Source: an uncultured Gammaproteobacteria bacterium
Lineage (GTDB): Bacteria > Patescibacteriota > Microgenomatia > UBA10105 > UBA927
NCBI GenBank assembly: GCA_964609895.1
Contig: CAZSTG010000001.1
Coordinates: forward strand, 141,897-205,896
Direction of reading: 5' to 3'
Length of the DNA stretch: 64,000 nucleotides
Under the pieces are notes generated by a model that did not search any database, was not told the origin of the DNA, and worked only from the letters and a program-made list of their open reading frames with translations. Within the stretch, counting starts at the first letter, position 1. Every line of letters begins with the position of its first letter. This document shows, one piece after another, positions 1-10,914 of the stretch. The translations under genes were made by a program, and so were the position numbers.

Positions 1-189
1 ATATTTTTTGGAATGAAAAATATTCCACTTGCAACACTGGATATTCTGATTGTGTGGGTGACGATTGTCGCGCAGTTTTTCCTCATGTGGAAAAAATCAA
101 AAGGAATTTCCCTGTTGCAGATTCCGTACTTTTTGTGGGTGAGTACCGCATCCATTATCCAACTGACTGTTTTCTTTTCTAATAGATAA
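1..189 (+). CDS. C-terminal fragment of a TspO/MBR-like tryptophan-rich membrane protein (5' end outside window)
   Basis: Frame-1 reading frame open from nt 1 to TAA at 187-189. Hydrophobic, W-rich tail (...LLQIPYFLWVSTASIIQLTVFF) resembles TspO C-termini. No start codon inside the window. Confidence 0.35.
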   Translation: MFFGMKNIPLATLDILIVWVTIVAQFFLMWKKSKGISLLQIPYFLWVSTASIIQLTVFFSNR

Positions 190-208
190 GTGACTTTTTG
201 GAATTTTC

Positions 209-1360
209 ATGTACAATAAAGCCACTATGATGACGACCATTACATGTCCCCATTGCAACAAGCCGTTTGAGATAAATGATGCGCTTGAAAAAGACCTCCG
301 AAAACATATTGAAGAAGACGTAAAAAACAAATCAAAAGAAGAATTGTTGCGGCTGCAGGAAAAAGCGGTAGCCGATGCAAAGGAAAAATTTGTGGAGGAA
401 TCCAAACTTCGAGAAGAGGAGCTTGCCGAAAACCGAAAAACAAATAAAGAACTCCGCGAACAGCTTTCTGAACTGATGAAACAGCTCCGTGAGGAAAAAA
501 CGGCCAGAGAAAATGCGGAAGTTGCGATGCAAAAAAAACTTTTGGAGGAGCAGGACAAAATCCGCCTGAAAGCAAAAGAAGAAGAATCAGAAAAACACAG
601 ACTGGAACTTAAGGAACGCGACACAAGACTGGAGAGCATGCAAAAAACAATTGAGGAATTGCAGCGAAAAGGAAGTGTCGGATCACAGCAACTCCAAGGA
701 GAAGTGCAGGAGCTTGACCTTGAAGAAACGCTGCACGCCACTTTTCCTCAGGATAGTATTGAACCGGTTGGAAAAGGAGTACTCGGTGCCGATGTCAGGC
801 AGGGTGTGAAAAGTCCGATGGGTATGGATTGCGGTACTATCCTTTGGGAATCGAAACGGACAAAAGCATGGTCAGACGGATGGATCACTAAACTGAAGGA
901 AGATATGCTGCATGACAAAGCACATATTCCCGCAATTATTTCCGACACACTCCCTGATGAGGCAAAATCCGGCATGGGATTTAAAGATGGCGTGTGGATA
1001 GCTTCGCCAAAACTTGCACTTCCACTTGCCGCCCTTCTTCGTAAATCTTTACTTGACGCGGCAAAGCAAAAAAAGATTGCAGGTGCACAGTCCACGAAAG
1101 CAGAGGAATTGTATGGATTTGTGACGAGTCATGAATTCCAGCATCAGATGGAATCCATGATTGAGACCTATCAGGAAATGCAAAAAGAAATTCAAAAAGA
1201 ACGCGTATCATTTGAACGAAGTTGGAAGCTTCGTGAGATGCAGGTGAACAAACTGCTGACAGGTGTTGCTGGTTTGTATGGAAGTATGCAAGGAATTGCA
1301 GGCGCTGCTCTTTCTCCAATCAAGAGTCTGGAATTGCCAAGTGGGGAAGAAGTGGAGTAG
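209..1360 (+). CDS. DUF2130-like protein: N-terminal CxxC zinc ribbon (TCPHCNKPF), long K/E-rich coiled coil, conserved C-terminal domain
   Basis: 383-aa ORF. Architecture (zinc ribbon + coiled coil + globular C-terminus) matches my memory of DUF2130 proteins. The antisense S-rich ORF 97..741 is spurious. Confidence 0.55.
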   Translation: MYNKATMMTTITCPHCNKPFEINDALEKDLRKHIEEDVKNKSKEELLRLQEKAVADAKEKFVEESKLREEELAENRKTNKELREQLSELMKQLREEKTARENAEVAMQKKLLEEQDKIRLKAKEEESEKHRLELKERDTRLESMQKTIEELQRKGSVGSQQLQGEVQELDLEETLHATFPQDSIEPVGKGVLGADVRQGVKSPMGMDCGTILWESKRTKAWSDGWITKLKEDMLHDKAHIPAIISDTLPDEAKSGMGFKDGVWIASPKLALPLAALLRKSLLDAAKQKKIAGAQSTKAEELYGFVTSHEFQHQMESMIETYQEMQKEIQKERVSFERSWKLREMQVNKLLTGVAGLYGSMQGIAGAALSPIKSLELPSGEEVE

Positions 1361-1397
1361 GATAAAGGTAGTAGCTCTTATTTTGAAAGGATTTCCT

Positions 1398-2024
1398 ATG
1401 GCAACAAAAACTGCACCAAAGAAAAAAGTAGAAACGGTATCTTCATCAGCTTCAAAATCTAAACCGTTGCCCGTTGGAATTAAAATTGCAATCGGCTGCG
1501 TCGGAATTCTGGTTATCATCGGTATTCTTATCGGGGTTGCCGGACAGGTTATCTTTTCCAAAATCGGTTTGAATTTCATGAAAAAAGGAATTGAACAGAA
1601 AACGGGAATTTCCATGGATACTGCGGGTAAGAGTATGACCATTAAGGATAAGGAGACCGGTGCAGAAATCAACATTGGAACAGAAGGAAAAATTCCGGCG
1701 GATTTTCCGAAAGATTTTCCGATATACCCTTCGGCAAAAGTTGAAGGAAACATATCAGGCGCTGAAAATAAGGCAGGCAAAGGATTCTGGTTGATTCTTT
1801 CAACCACAGATGAAGCGGCACAAGTCACCGCGTTTTATGAGGCTAATTTAGCAAAGAACGGTTGGGACGTTGGATCAACGATGAATATAGGAACATCTGC
1901 GACATGGGAAATTTCCAAAGGTGATATGGCAGGCGGACTGATCGTCGGGGAAGATGAAGAGAAAAAAGGCACAAGCATTGTCATTACTCTTTCTCCCAAA
2001 GAAGAAGAGCCGGTAGAAGAATAA
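1398..2024 (+). CDS. hypothetical membrane-anchored protein (N-terminal TM helix, K-rich N-terminus)
   Basis: ATG at 1398 with GAAAGGA 7 nt upstream. The longer ORF form from 1263 overlaps the previous gene and starts on a non-ATG codon. Single TM segment GIKIAIGCVGILVIIGILIGV. Confidence 0.6.
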   Translation: MATKTAPKKKVETVSSSASKSKPLPVGIKIAIGCVGILVIIGILIGVAGQVIFSKIGLNFMKKGIEQKTGISMDTAGKSMTIKDKETGAEINIGTEGKIPADFPKDFPIYPSAKVEGNISGAENKAGKGFWLILSTTDEAAQVTAFYEANLAKNGWDVGSTMNIGTSATWEISKGDMAGGLIVGEDEEKKGTSIVITLSPKEEEPVEE

Positions 2025-2052
2025 CGCCATCGTGTGATCAAGGAGGTCTCGT

Positions 2053-2535
2053 ATGAACGAGAATAAAATCGTTATCGCGATTCTTGTCGCAGGCTTATGT
2101 ATAAGTGCTGCCATTTACTTCGGTGGAAAAAACCCAGCAAAAATTCCAACTGTTATCGTGCCTGAAACGGAGGAATCACAAACAGAAATTGTTGTGTCTC
2201 CCACATCAACTGCCTCCGCAACCGTTTTTCCCACCATACAGGAAGATGATTTAACACCAATCGCTATTGCGATTGGTAAAGAGTTTGGGACTGATCCGGA
2301 AAAATATATAATTACAAAAAGCAGACAGGTGGGCAATTATGCAATCGGCGGCGTGACAGAGCAGGGTGAACAAGGGGGAGCACAGTGGTGGGGAGTATTG
2401 GAAAATGGCGCATGGAAATATATTTATTCCGGTCAGAGTTATCCAAATTGTAGTGTTATTGCTCCCTATCAAATCCCAAAAGCGTTGCTTGACAGCTGCA
2501 TGGATGACGCGACAAATACGTTAAAACAATTATAA
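2053..2535 (+). CDS. hypothetical secreted/membrane-anchored protein
   Basis: AGGAGG 6 nt upstream of ATG 2053. N-terminal TM/signal segment IVIAILVAGLCISAAIYFGG. Confidence 0.6.
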   Translation: MNENKIVIAILVAGLCISAAIYFGGKNPAKIPTVIVPETEESQTEIVVSPTSTASATVFPTIQEDDLTPIAIAIGKEFGTDPEKYIITKSRQVGNYAIGGVTEQGEQGGAQWWGVLENGAWKYIYSGQSYPNCSVIAPYQIPKALLDSCMDDATNTLKQL

Positions 2536-2600
2536 CGGGTTCCGTTCGTCGTTATAGACAGAAACCCAAATTTTTTGTACAATAGGAGGGTGAAAGCATA

Positions 2601-2626
2601 AACTGCTTGTTGAGCAGTTTTTTTTA
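2601..2626 (+). terminator. intrinsic-terminator-like hairpin (AACTGCT-TGTTG-AGCAGTT + T8) 11 nt upstream of the fusA start
   Basis: Perfect 7-bp stem, 5-nt loop, T-run, read directly from sequence. Preceded by AGGAGGG + GTG-AAA-GCA-TAA mini-frame. Confidence 0.45.
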
Positions 2627-2637
2627 TTTATAAATCT

Positions 2638-4740
2638 ATGGCTACACAAAATATTACTGTAACGGAAAACCGAGATGTTCCTCTTGATAAAGTCCGGAAT
2701 ATCGGCATCATCGCACACATAGATGCTGGAAAAACCACAACAACAGAACGTATCCTCTATTACACCGGACGAAGCTACAAAATCGGAGACATCGATGAAG
2801 GTACGACCGTCATGGACTGGATGGAACAGGAACGGGAACGGGGTATTACCATCGTTTCTGCAGCCACGACCACATTCTGGAATGGGTATCGGTTTAATAT
2901 CATTGACACTCCGGGGCATGTGGACTTTACTGCGGAAGTGGAGCGTTCACTCCGTGTACTTGACGGAGGAATTACTGTTCTTGATGGTGAAGAAGGTGTG
3001 CAGTCTCAGTCTGAGACCGTATGGCGACAAGCGGATAAATACAAAGTGCCTCGTCTCTGTTTTGTCAACAAAATGGACAAGCTCGGCGCGGATCTTTGGA
3101 ACACCGTCGCATCCATCGAAGAACGGCTTGGCGCGCGGACTGCCGTCATGGTTGTTCCTATCGGTCGAGAGAATCTGTATAAAGGAAATGTTGATCTTCT
3201 GACGAGAAAAGCTATGATTTGGCATAGTGATGATCTCGGTGCATCGTTTGACGAGGTGGAGATTCCCGAAGAGTTGAAGGCGGAAGTGGAAGAAAAACGG
3301 CATAACCTGATTGAACGTATTGCGGAAACAGATGACATGTTGATTGAAAAATTTTTGAACGGGGAAGAACCGACTGTCGAGGAACTGAAAGCTGCACTTC
3401 GAAGAGCAGTTATTGCATATAAGCTCGTACCTGTGTATGCAGGAACATCCCTTCGAAACAAAGGGGTGCAGCCGCTTCTTGATGCCGTTGTTGATTATCT
3501 TCCATCTCCACTCGATATGCCGGATGTGGAGGGAACAAATCCGCGGACGCAGGAGCATATAACACGAAAACGCATCGTGAACGAAAAATTTACAGGACTT
3601 GCGTTTAAAGTGCAGATTGATCCTCACGTCGGGAAACTGACATATGTCCGTATTTATTCTGGGAAAATCGAAGCAGGATCCTACGCATATAATTCCAGCA
3701 AGGATGTGAAGGAACGTATCGGACGGTTGCTTCTCATGCATGCAAACCAGCGGGAAGAAATCAAAGAAGCATTCGCGGGAGAAATCGTTGCTGTGGTCGG
3801 ATTTAAGGATACAATCACAGGCGACACGATTGCAGACAGCGAAAATCCGATAGTTTTGGAACAGATTACGTTCCCTGATCCCGTTATCTCTCTGGCAATT
3901 GAGCCAAAAACGAAAAATGATCAGGAAAAAATGGGGTATGCACTGCAGCGGCTTGCGGAAGAAGATCCGACGTTTAAAGTAAAATCCAATCCGGAAACTA
4001 ACCAGACCATCATCTGGGGTATGGGAGAACTACATTTGGATGTGCTTGTCGACCGCATGAAACGGGAATTCAAAGTTGAGGCCAATGTCGGCGCACCGCA
4101 GGTTGCATACAAAGAGACCATCACCAAAACAGCTGAAGCGGAAGGGAAATATATCAAACAAACCGGAGGTCACGGACAATACGGTCATTGTTGGCTTCGT
4201 ATAGCGCCAAAACCGCGTGGTGAAGGATTTGAGTTTATTGATGAAATCAAAGGAGGGGCAATCCCGAGAGAGTTCATTAAACCGGTTGAAAAAGGTGTGG
4301 TGGAGGCAATGGAAAACGGTTGTATTGCGGGATATCCATTGGTCGATATGTCTGTTGCTTTGTATGACGGAACTTATCATGATGTTGATTCGTCCGAGTT
4401 GTCATTTAAAATTGCGGGATCTATGGCACTGCAGGCGGCAGTCAAACAGGCGGGAGCTACCCTCATTGAGCCTATCATGAAAGTGGAAGTGACGACACCG
4501 GATGAGTATATGGGAGACGTCATCGGGGATTTGTCTTCAAAACGTGCTCAAATTGTGGGGACTCAGAAACGGGGCAATACGACCATTATCGTAGCCACGG
4601 TGCCGCTTGCCGAACTTTCCGGATATGCGACGACTCTCAGAAGCTTGTCTAAAGGAAGAGCTTCCTATTATATGGAGCCGAGCCACTACGAAGAGGTGCC
4701 CAAAAACATTCAGGAAAAGATTATTGCAAAGAAGATCTAG
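2638..4740 (+). CDS. fusA: translation elongation factor G
   Basis: 700 aa. G-domain motifs [21 protein letters not shown]. Full-length EF-G domain order. Confidence 0.97.
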   Translation: MATQNITVTENRDVPLDKVRNIGIIAHIDAGKTTTTERILYYTGRSYKIGDIDEGTTVMDWMEQERERGITIVSAATTTFWNGYRFNIIDTPGHVDFTAEVERSLRVLDGGITVLDGEEGVQSQSETVWRQADKYKVPRLCFVNKMDKLGADLWNTVASIEERLGARTAVMVVPIGRENLYKGNVDLLTRKAMIWHSDDLGASFDEVEIPEELKAEVEEKRHNLIERIAETDDMLIEKFLNGEEPTVEELKAALRRAVIAYKLVPVYAGTSLRNKGVQPLLDAVVDYLPSPLDMPDVEGTNPRTQEHITRKRIVNEKFTGLAFKVQIDPHVGKLTYVRIYSGKIEAGSYAYNSSKDVKERIGRLLLMHANQREEIKEAFAGEIVAVVGFKDTITGDTIADSENPIVLEQITFPDPVISLAIEPKTKNDQEKMGYALQRLAEEDPTFKVKSNPETNQTIIWGMGELHLDVLVDRMKREFKVEANVGAPQVAYKETITKTAEAEGKYIKQTGGHGQYGHCWLRIAPKPRGEGFEFIDEIKGGAIPREFIKPVEKGVVEAMENGCIAGYPLVDMSVALYDGTYHDVDSSELSFKIAGSMALQAAVKQAGATLIEPIMKVEVTTPDEYMGDVIGDLSSKRAQIVGTQKRGNTTIIVATVPLAELSGYATTLRSLSKGRASYYMEPSHYEEVPKNIQEKIIAKKI

Positions 4741-4823
4741 GGATGTTACAATTGGTACGCTTGAAAGACGAGCAGCGTTTTTTTATTGGTAAATACGTAT
4801 TAAAATTTTTTTAGGAGGAAACC

Positions 4824-6011
4824 ATGGCTGATCAGCAAAAGTTCGTTCGAAATAAACCACACGTAAACATTGGAACCATTGGGCACGTTGACCATGGGAA
4901 AACCACACTTACCTCCGCAATCACCAATGTGCTTGCCAAGTCAGGTATGGCAAAGGCTTTGAAATACGAAGAAATCGACAGTGCTCCAGAAGAAAAGGCA
5001 CGTGGCGTCACCATAAACATTCATCATTCAGAATACGAAACGGAAAAACGACATTACGCACACATTGATGCTCCGGGACATGCCGATTATGTTAAGAACA
5101 TGATCACGGGAGCCGCTCAGATGGATGGTGCTATTCTCGTGGTGTCCGCACCGGATGGTCCGATGCCGCAAACACGGGAGCATATTTTGCTTGCAAAGCA
5201 GGTGAACGTTCCGGCAATCATCGTGTTCATGAATAAATGCGACATGGTGCAGGACAAAGAACTTTTGGATTTGGTCGAAATGGAAGTACGTGAACTTCTG
5301 ACCAAATACGGATTTCCGGGAGATACCATTCCTGTAATCCGAGGTTCGGCATTGAAAGCGCTTCAGGGAGATGCAGAGGCGGAAAAACAGATTCTGGAAC
5401 TTATGAAGACGGTAGACGAATATGTTCCGGATCCGGTTCGTCCAGTGGACAAACCGTTCCTGATGCCTATCGAGGACGTGTTCTCAATCAAAGGCCGAGG
5501 AACAGTCGTTACGGGACGTGTGGATCGGGGTAAAGTACACATCAACGACACGATTGAAATCGTCGGTATCAAAGCCACATCCTCAACTGTCGTAACCGGA
5601 GTCGAAATGTTTCGAAAACTTTTGGATGAAGGTATGGCAGGAGACAACATCGGAGTACTCCTTCGGGGAGTTGAAAAGGATCAGGTGGAACGAGGACAGG
5701 TTTTGGCAGCTCCGGGAACAGTGAAGCCGCACACGCAATTCGAGGCAGAAGTCATCGTACTTGCCAAAGAAGAGGGTGGACGACATACACCGTTCTTCAG
5801 CGGATATCGTCCTCAGTTCTACATCCGTACAACGGATGTAACAGGAGAAGTAACGCTTCCTGCTGGAGTGGAAATGGTTATGCCAGGTGACACAACTAAA
5901 ATGACAGCAAAACTTATCGTTCCTGTAGCTCTTGAGGAGGGTGTGAGATTTGCCATCCGAGAAGGTGGTCATACGGTAGGAGCTGGAGTTATTACAAAAA
6001 TTATAGAGTAA
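4824..6011 (+). CDS. tuf: translation elongation factor Tu
   Basis: 395 aa. [23 protein letters not shown] motifs. Strong SD TAGGAGGAAACC upstream of ATG. Confidence 0.97.
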   Translation: MADQQKFVRNKPHVNIGTIGHVDHGKTTLTSAITNVLAKSGMAKALKYEEIDSAPEEKARGVTINIHHSEYETEKRHYAHIDAPGHADYVKNMITGAAQMDGAILVVSAPDGPMPQTREHILLAKQVNVPAIIVFMNKCDMVQDKELLDLVEMEVRELLTKYGFPGDTIPVIRGSALKALQGDAEAEKQILELMKTVDEYVPDPVRPVDKPFLMPIEDVFSIKGRGTVVTGRVDRGKVHINDTIEIVGIKATSSTVVTGVEMFRKLLDEGMAGDNIGVLLRGVEKDQVERGQVLAAPGTVKPHTQFEAEVIVLAKEEGGRHTPFFSGYRPQFYIRTTDVTGEVTLPAGVEMVMPGDTTKMTAKLIVPVALEEGVRFAIREGGHTVGAGVITKIIE

Positions 6012-6023
6012 GGAAATTTAACA

Positions 6024-6332
6024 ATGCCAAAAGGTAGAATTCGCGTACGTTTAAAAGCATACGACAGCAGAGTCATTGACGACTGCTGCCAGAAAATCTT
6101 GGATGTCGCAGTGAGGACTGGTGCCCGTGTGGCAGGTCCGGTTCCGCTTCCTACATCCAAGGAACACTTTAACGTACAGAGAGCGACGTTTATTGATAGA
6201 AACAGCCGTGAGGATTTCATGATCGCGACACATAAACGGCTGGTGGACATCATTGAACCGACGGATAAAACCATCGATCAGTTGATGCATCTTGATTTGC
6301 CGGCTGGCGTTGATGTTGAGATCAAAATGTAA
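6024..6332 (+). CDS. rpsJ: 30S ribosomal protein S10
   Basis: 102 aa, MPKGRIRVRLKAYD... classic S10 N-terminus. Confidence 0.95.
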   Translation: MPKGRIRVRLKAYDSRVIDDCCQKILDVAVRTGARVAGPVPLPTSKEHFNVQRATFIDRNSREDFMIATHKRLVDIIEPTDKTIDQLMHLDLPAGVDVEIKM

Positions 6333-6456
6333 TTTGTAGGTAACAGTTGAGATTCGTGGGATACTTTGGTATACTTACGCATTGTCAGTACGCGTTATTT
6401 ATATGGTAACGATACATGCCAATAGCTAGGCCAAAAGTCTCGGAAATACAGTCGAT

Positions 6457-6487
6457 AAAACGACCTTCCGAGGTCGTTTATTTTTGG
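6457..6487 (+). terminator. terminator/attenuator-like hairpin in the rpsJ-rplC spacer (AAACGACCT-TCCG-AGGTCGTTT + ATTTTTGG)
   Basis: Perfect 9-bp stem plus U-rich tail, within an unusual 161-nt spacer inside the S10 operon. Confidence 0.45.
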
Positions 6488-6493
6488 AAAAAT

Positions 6494-7117
6494 ATGTTAG
6501 GCGCACTCTTAGGAATCAAGAAAAAACAGACACAGATCTTTACGGAAGACGGAATGCGACATTCCGTCACACATGTCAAGACCGGTCCATGCTGGATTAC
6601 GGCAATTGACAAGACAGAAAGCTATACCAATGTTCAGCTTGGATTCGGCACCAAACGCAACAGCACCAAAGCGGAAGAAGGACATCTTAAAAAAGCGGGG
6701 CTCACACAAAAGCTTCGCTTTTTACGTAGTATCCGGGTAGATGCCATCCCAGAAGATTGGGCAGTCGGTAAAGAAGTCAACATTACGGATGTCTTTGCCG
6801 TCGGTGACGTTATTCGGGCAACGGGCATATCAAAAGGAAAAGGATTTGCAGGGGTGGTAAAACGACATGGATTTGCCGGCGGACCGAAAACACATGGTCA
6901 GTCAGACAAAGAGCGTGCACCGGGATCCATTGGTTCTACCACGACACCGGGACGCGTATTTAAGGGAAAACGCATGGCAGGACGTATGGGGGGTGATACA
7001 GTGACTGTGAAGGGATTGAAAGTTTTGGGAATTGACGCGGAAACGCACATGCTTATTGTCTCTGGACTTATTCCGGGGTCGAAAGATGCGCTGGTAACCA
7101 TTGCAAAAGAAGTGTAA
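6494..7117 (+). CDS. rplC: 50S ribosomal protein L3
   Basis: L3 homology begins at MLGALLGIKKKQTQIF (ATG 6494). The longer ORF from 6416 adds a non-homologous N-terminus overlapping the hairpin. Confidence 0.92.
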   Translation: MLGALLGIKKKQTQIFTEDGMRHSVTHVKTGPCWITAIDKTESYTNVQLGFGTKRNSTKAEEGHLKKAGLTQKLRFLRSIRVDAIPEDWAVGKEVNITDVFAVGDVIRATGISKGKGFAGVVKRHGFAGGPKTHGQSDKERAPGSIGSTTTPGRVFKGKRMAGRMGGDTVTVKGLKVLGIDAETHMLIVSGLIPGSKDALVTIAKEV

Positions 7118-7123
7118 TAACAT

Positions 7124-7858
7124 ATGGCAACAACAACCAAAAAAATAAGCAAAGCGAAATCTGCCTCTGGCGGAAAAGCAGCAGCTCCAAAGAAAGCGGC
7201 GGTAAAAGCCGTGGAAACGATAAAAGAAACGGCCAAAGGTGCACTTGCTGTCTATACAATAAGCGGTGAAAAAACAGCCGATATGGCAGCTCCTACATCT
7301 CTTTTTGGCGGTAAAATCAACATGCAGCTTATCGCGCAGGCAATACGCGTGTATCTTGCAAATCAAAGAGAAGGCGCGGCTGCGACGAAAACCAGAGGGT
7401 TGGTGGAAGGTTCAACGCGGAAAATTTATAAACAAAAAGGAACAGGCCGCGCGCGGCATGGAAGTGTGAGAGCGCCGGTTTTTGTCGGCGGAGGGATTGT
7501 ATTCGGACCGCAGCCGAGAGATTTTTCATTGAAACTGTCACAGTCCATGAAAAATGCGGCAATGAAAAGCGCATTAGCACTGAAACTGACAGAAGGGAAA
7601 GTTATTGCGATGGAAGACGGCAACATGACCAAACCGGCCACCAAAACAGTGGCAGCTGCGTTTGAAAAAATGAATGCGACACGTTCAGTGTTGTTTGTGG
7701 TTGATGATATGCATACAGCAATGGTGAAATCAGCGCGGAATATCGGTTCAGTGACTGTAGTTCCCGCCAAGAATGTCACCACATATGAAGTGTTTGTAAG
7801 TCACAAGCTGATTATGACGAAAGAAGCATTGAAACAACTGGAAACACGATTGGCGTAA
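7124..7858 (+). CDS. rplD: 50S ribosomal protein L4 (with K/A-rich N-terminal extension)
   Basis: 244 aa. Core ...KQKGTGRARHGS...VFGPQPRDFS is typical L4. Confidence 0.93.
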   Translation: MATTTKKISKAKSASGGKAAAPKKAAVKAVETIKETAKGALAVYTISGEKTADMAAPTSLFGGKINMQLIAQAIRVYLANQREGAAATKTRGLVEGSTRKIYKQKGTGRARHGSVRAPVFVGGGIVFGPQPRDFSLKLSQSMKNAAMKSALALKLTEGKVIAMEDGNMTKPATKTVAAAFEKMNATRSVLFVVDDMHTAMVKSARNIGSVTVVPAKNVTTYEVFVSHKLIMTKEALKQLETRLA

Positions 7859-7863
7859 CACCT

Positions 7864-8172
7864 ATGGATACAACAAGTATTATCAAACCGTATCTGACAG
7901 AAAAAACCATGACCATCGCTATGCGCGGCTGGTATACATTTGTTGTACAGCGGTTTACAGGTAAGGCGGAGATTGCACATGCAATTGAAGAATTGTATAA
8001 AGTAACAGTCAAAGATATCCGGACGATTACTGTTCACGGTAAAATGAAGCGGGCAGGACGGAAACAACAGGCAACAGTGCAGCCGACTTGGAAAAAGGCA
8101 ATGGTAAAGCTTGCCGACGGGCAAACCATTGATGCGTTTCAAATAGGGAATGAGCCGGAAAAATCGAAATAA
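7864..8172 (+). CDS. rplW: 50S ribosomal protein L23
   Basis: 102 aa, [10 protein letters not shown]...YTFVV... L23 pattern. Confidence 0.9.
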   Translation: MDTTSIIKPYLTEKTMTIAMRGWYTFVVQRFTGKAEIAHAIEELYKVTVKDIRTITVHGKMKRAGRKQQATVQPTWKKAMVKLADGQTIDAFQIGNEPEKSK

Positions 8173-8176
8173 TCGT

Positions 8177-8941
8177 ATGAAACTGACAATCAAAAAATCA
8201 AAGAAATTGCTGACATTACTGCCGAAACAATCCGGTCGTGATGTCAAAGGTCATGTTGCAGTACGGCATCAGGGTGGACGACATAAAAGAATGTACAGAA
8301 CCATCGACTGGTTCAGAACTAAAGATGACATCAAAGCAACGGTCACGGCAATTGAATATGATCCAAACAGAAGTGCCGATGTGGCATTTGTCACCTATCA
8401 GGATGGGGAAAAGCGGTATATGATCGCACCTGTCGGATTGAAGGTCGGTGATACGGTATTGAGCGGAAAAAAAGTGGAAGCAACAGTGGGGAATGCAATG
8501 CCCCTTGCTTCAATTCCCGTTGGAACGTTGGTACATAATATTGAGATTAAAGCCGGACATGGTGCGCAGATGATCAGATCCGCAGGAACAGTTGCAGCTG
8601 TGCTTTCCAAGGATGCGGGAATGGTGCAGGTAAAATTGCCGTCGGGAGAAATGCGGCTGTTTCCGGAAGATTGTCGCGCAACAGTCGGACAGATCAGCAA
8701 TACTGAATGGAAAAACAGAGTGATTGGTAAAGCCGGAAGAAGTCGGCATATGGGGAAGCGTCCTGCAGTAAGGGGAGTGGCGCAAAATCCCCGCTCTCAT
8801 CCGCATGGAGGAGGAGAAGGAAGAAGCGGTATCGGTATGCCGTCACCGAAAAGTCCATGGGGAAAACCGACACTTGGCAATAAGACACGAAAAAAGAAAA
8901 AATACAGCGACCGGTTTATCCTGTCGCGGAGAAAGAAATAA
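8177..8941 (+). CDS. rplB: 50S ribosomal protein L2
   Basis: ATG 8177 directly after the L23 stop. ...[14 protein letters not shown]...[29 protein letters not shown] is diagnostic for L2. Confidence 0.93.
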   Translation: MKLTIKKSKKLLTLLPKQSGRDVKGHVAVRHQGGRHKRMYRTIDWFRTKDDIKATVTAIEYDPNRSADVAFVTYQDGEKRYMIAPVGLKVGDTVLSGKKVEATVGNAMPLASIPVGTLVHNIEIKAGHGAQMIRSAGTVAAVLSKDAGMVQVKLPSGEMRLFPEDCRATVGQISNTEWKNRVIGKAGRSRHMGKRPAVRGVAQNPRSHPHGGGEGRSGIGMPSPKSPWGKPTLGNKTRKKKKYSDRFILSRRKK

Positions 8942-8955
8942 GAAAGAAGGATTTT

Positions 8956-9240
8956 ATGGCACGTTCAAGCAAAAAAGGACCATACATAGACAAACGCGTT
9001 TTGGCAAAAGTGCTGAAACAAAAAGCAGGTGGCGATCATTCGCCCATCAAAACATGGTCACGTGCATGCCAGATTCCACCGGAATTTGTTGGACACACGT
9101 TCGGTGTACATAACGGAAGAATATTTGTGGAGATATTTGTAAGTGAATCAATGGTCGGTCATCGTCTCGGAGAATTTTCTCCGACACGCACCTTTAGGGG
9201 GCATGGACAGGTGACAAAACGAACCATGGACAAAACATAA
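8956..9240 (+). CDS. rpsS: 30S ribosomal protein S19
   Basis: [12 protein letters not shown]...[10 protein letters not shown] is typical S19. Confidence 0.95.
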   Translation: MARSSKKGPYIDKRVLAKVLKQKAGGDHSPIKTWSRACQIPPEFVGHTFGVHNGRIFVEIFVSESMVGHRLGEFSPTRTFRGHGQVTKRTMDKT

Positions 9241-9250
9241 TTATATTTCT

Positions 9251-9589
9251 ATGGAATACGAAGCAACAGCAAAATATATAAGAATGAGCACGCGTAAGGT
9301 ACGGCTTGTTGCCGATGCCATCCGCGGACTGTCTGTCGACAAGGCGATAGTGAAATTGAGCATGATGCCAAAAGATGCGGCAACGCCACTTTTGAAACTG
9401 GTCAAATCAGCTGTTGCAAACGCAAGAAAGACCGTTGCAGAAGCCGGTACACTCGATATAAAACAACTGGAAATTATGGGTGGACCATCCATGAAACGCT
9501 TTCGGGCTGTTTCCCGTGGTATGGCGCACACGTATAAAAAACGAATGACACACGCGCGTATTGTGATTGCAGAAAAAGGAGCGAAATAA
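9251..9589 (+). CDS. rplV: 50S ribosomal protein L22
   Basis: 112 aa, L22 pattern (KYIRMSTRKVRLVADAIRG...). Confidence 0.93.
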   Translation: MEYEATAKYIRMSTRKVRLVADAIRGLSVDKAIVKLSMMPKDAATPLLKLVKSAVANARKTVAEAGTLDIKQLEIMGGPSMKRFRAVSRGMAHTYKKRMTHARIVIAEKGAK

Positions 9590-9592
9590 CGT

Positions 9593-10270
9593 ATGGGACA
9601 AAAAATTCATCCAAAAGGGTTTAGAGTCGGCGTTGTGTTCGGCTGGACATCCAGATGGTTTGCAGACAGAAAGAGATACAAGGAATTCCTTTTTGAGGAT
9701 GTGTCTCTCCGGAAATATATTTTCAGCAAACTCAAAAACGCCGGACTTGAGCAGGTAGACATTGAACGGTCAATTAACAAAATGAAAATCATTATCCGTG
9801 TTTCAAGACCGGGACTTGTGATCGGACGAGGTGGAAGCGGACTTGAGGAAATGAAAAAGGCGGTGGAACGGTTTTTACATAAGTTTGAAGCAAAGCGCGC
9901 ATTAACATTGCACAAGAAATTTGCAGGCGATACGGCAAAATCAAAAATTGAAATCGTTGTGGAACCGGTGAAAGAGCCAAACTTAAGTGCATACTTAGTG
10001 GCAACGACCATTGCAGATCAATTAGCACGCCGTATTCCGCATAAGCGAGCTTGTAATCAGGCTCTTGAGCGGGTGATGGGTGCAGGAGCTGGCGGAGTGA
10101 AGATTGCCTTGTCCGGCCGCATTGCGGGAGCTGAGATTGCGCGACATGAAAAATTCGGTGCAGGGACTGTTCCATTATCAACAGTCAGAGAAAATGTTGA
10201 TTTTGCAGCGGTACCGTCACTCACAAAATCAGGATATATCGGCGTAAAAGTGTGGATTTGTAAAAAATAA
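9593..10270 (+). CDS. rpsC: 30S ribosomal protein S3
   Basis: [13 protein letters not shown]... KH domain, S3 C-terminal domain. Confidence 0.95.
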   Translation: MGQKIHPKGFRVGVVFGWTSRWFADRKRYKEFLFEDVSLRKYIFSKLKNAGLEQVDIERSINKMKIIIRVSRPGLVIGRGGSGLEEMKKAVERFLHKFEAKRALTLHKKFAGDTAKSKIEIVVEPVKEPNLSAYLVATTIADQLARRIPHKRACNQALERVMGAGAGGVKIALSGRIAGAEIARHEKFGAGTVPLSTVRENVDFAAVPSLTKSGYIGVKVWICKK

Positions 10271-10274
10271 ACAT

Positions 10275-10685
10275 ATGTTAGCACCACGACGAGCAAAACA
10301 TCGAAAAGAATTTAGGGGAAAAAGAGGCGGAGTTGCCATCCGTGGTAGCAATGTGGATTTCGGTGAATTCGGACTGAAGGCAACAACGTGCGGATGGGTA
10401 TCGAGCCGACAGATTGAGGCGGCACGGCGTGCATTGACTCATTACGTGAAACGCGGCGGAAGAATCTGGATTCGTATTTTTCCTCATAAACCGATGACCA
10501 AAAAACCGCCGGAAACCAGAATGGGAAGCGGCAAAGGTGATGTACATGAATTTGTGGCAGTGGTGAAACCGGGAAGAATCTTGTTTGAAATGGGTGGCGT
10601 TGCCATGGAAGACGCAAAAGAAGCAATGCGATTGGCATCAGCAAAATTGCCGGTGTTGACAAAGTTTGTAATAAAAGAAAATTAA
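10275..10685 (+). CDS. rplP: 50S ribosomal protein L16
   Basis: [11 protein letters not shown]...RMGSGKG is typical L16. Confidence 0.95.
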   Translation: MLAPRRAKHRKEFRGKRGGVAIRGSNVDFGEFGLKATTCGWVSSRQIEAARRALTHYVKRGGRIWIRIFPHKPMTKKPPETRMGSGKGDVHEFVAVVKPGRILFEMGGVAMEDAKEAMRLASAKLPVLTKFVIKEN

Positions 10686-10691
10686 TCGACT

Positions 10692-10910
10692 ATGAAACAA
10701 AAAGAGAAACAACAGATTTTGTCCATGTCGCAGTCGGATTTGACGGCGCAGATCCGTGATGTGCAAAAACAGATCGCGACGCTGGAACTTGGCAAATATA
10801 CAAAGCCCATGAAGAATGTCCGGACTATTACAGCACTTCGCCGAAAAGTGGCGATTATGAAAACACGACTGAACGACGTATCCATTGCGGAAGTTGTAAA
10901 GGAGAAATAA
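10692..10910 (+). CDS. rpmC: 50S ribosomal protein L29
   Basis: 72 aa, coiled L29 pattern, by position between L16 and S17. Confidence 0.85.
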   Translation: MKQKEKQQILSMSQSDLTAQIRDVQKQIATLELGKYTKPMKNVRTITALRRKVAIMKTRLNDVSIAEVVKEK

Positions 10911-10914
10911 TTGT

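Noticed and set aside
97-741. 214-aa minus-strand ORF, extremely Ser-rich
   Set aside because: Antisense to the K/E-rich coiled-coil gene 209..1360 (AAG/GAA codons read as CTT/TTC on the other strand). Low-complexity, no start context. Artefact.
2947-3741. 264-aa minus ORF inside fusA, and similar long antisense ORFs inside tuf, secY and recA
   Set aside because: Antisense to strongly conserved genes. No independent support.
6416-6493. N-terminal extension of the L3 ORF
   Set aside because: L3 homology begins at ATG 6494. The extension overlaps the terminator-like hairpin and has no homology.
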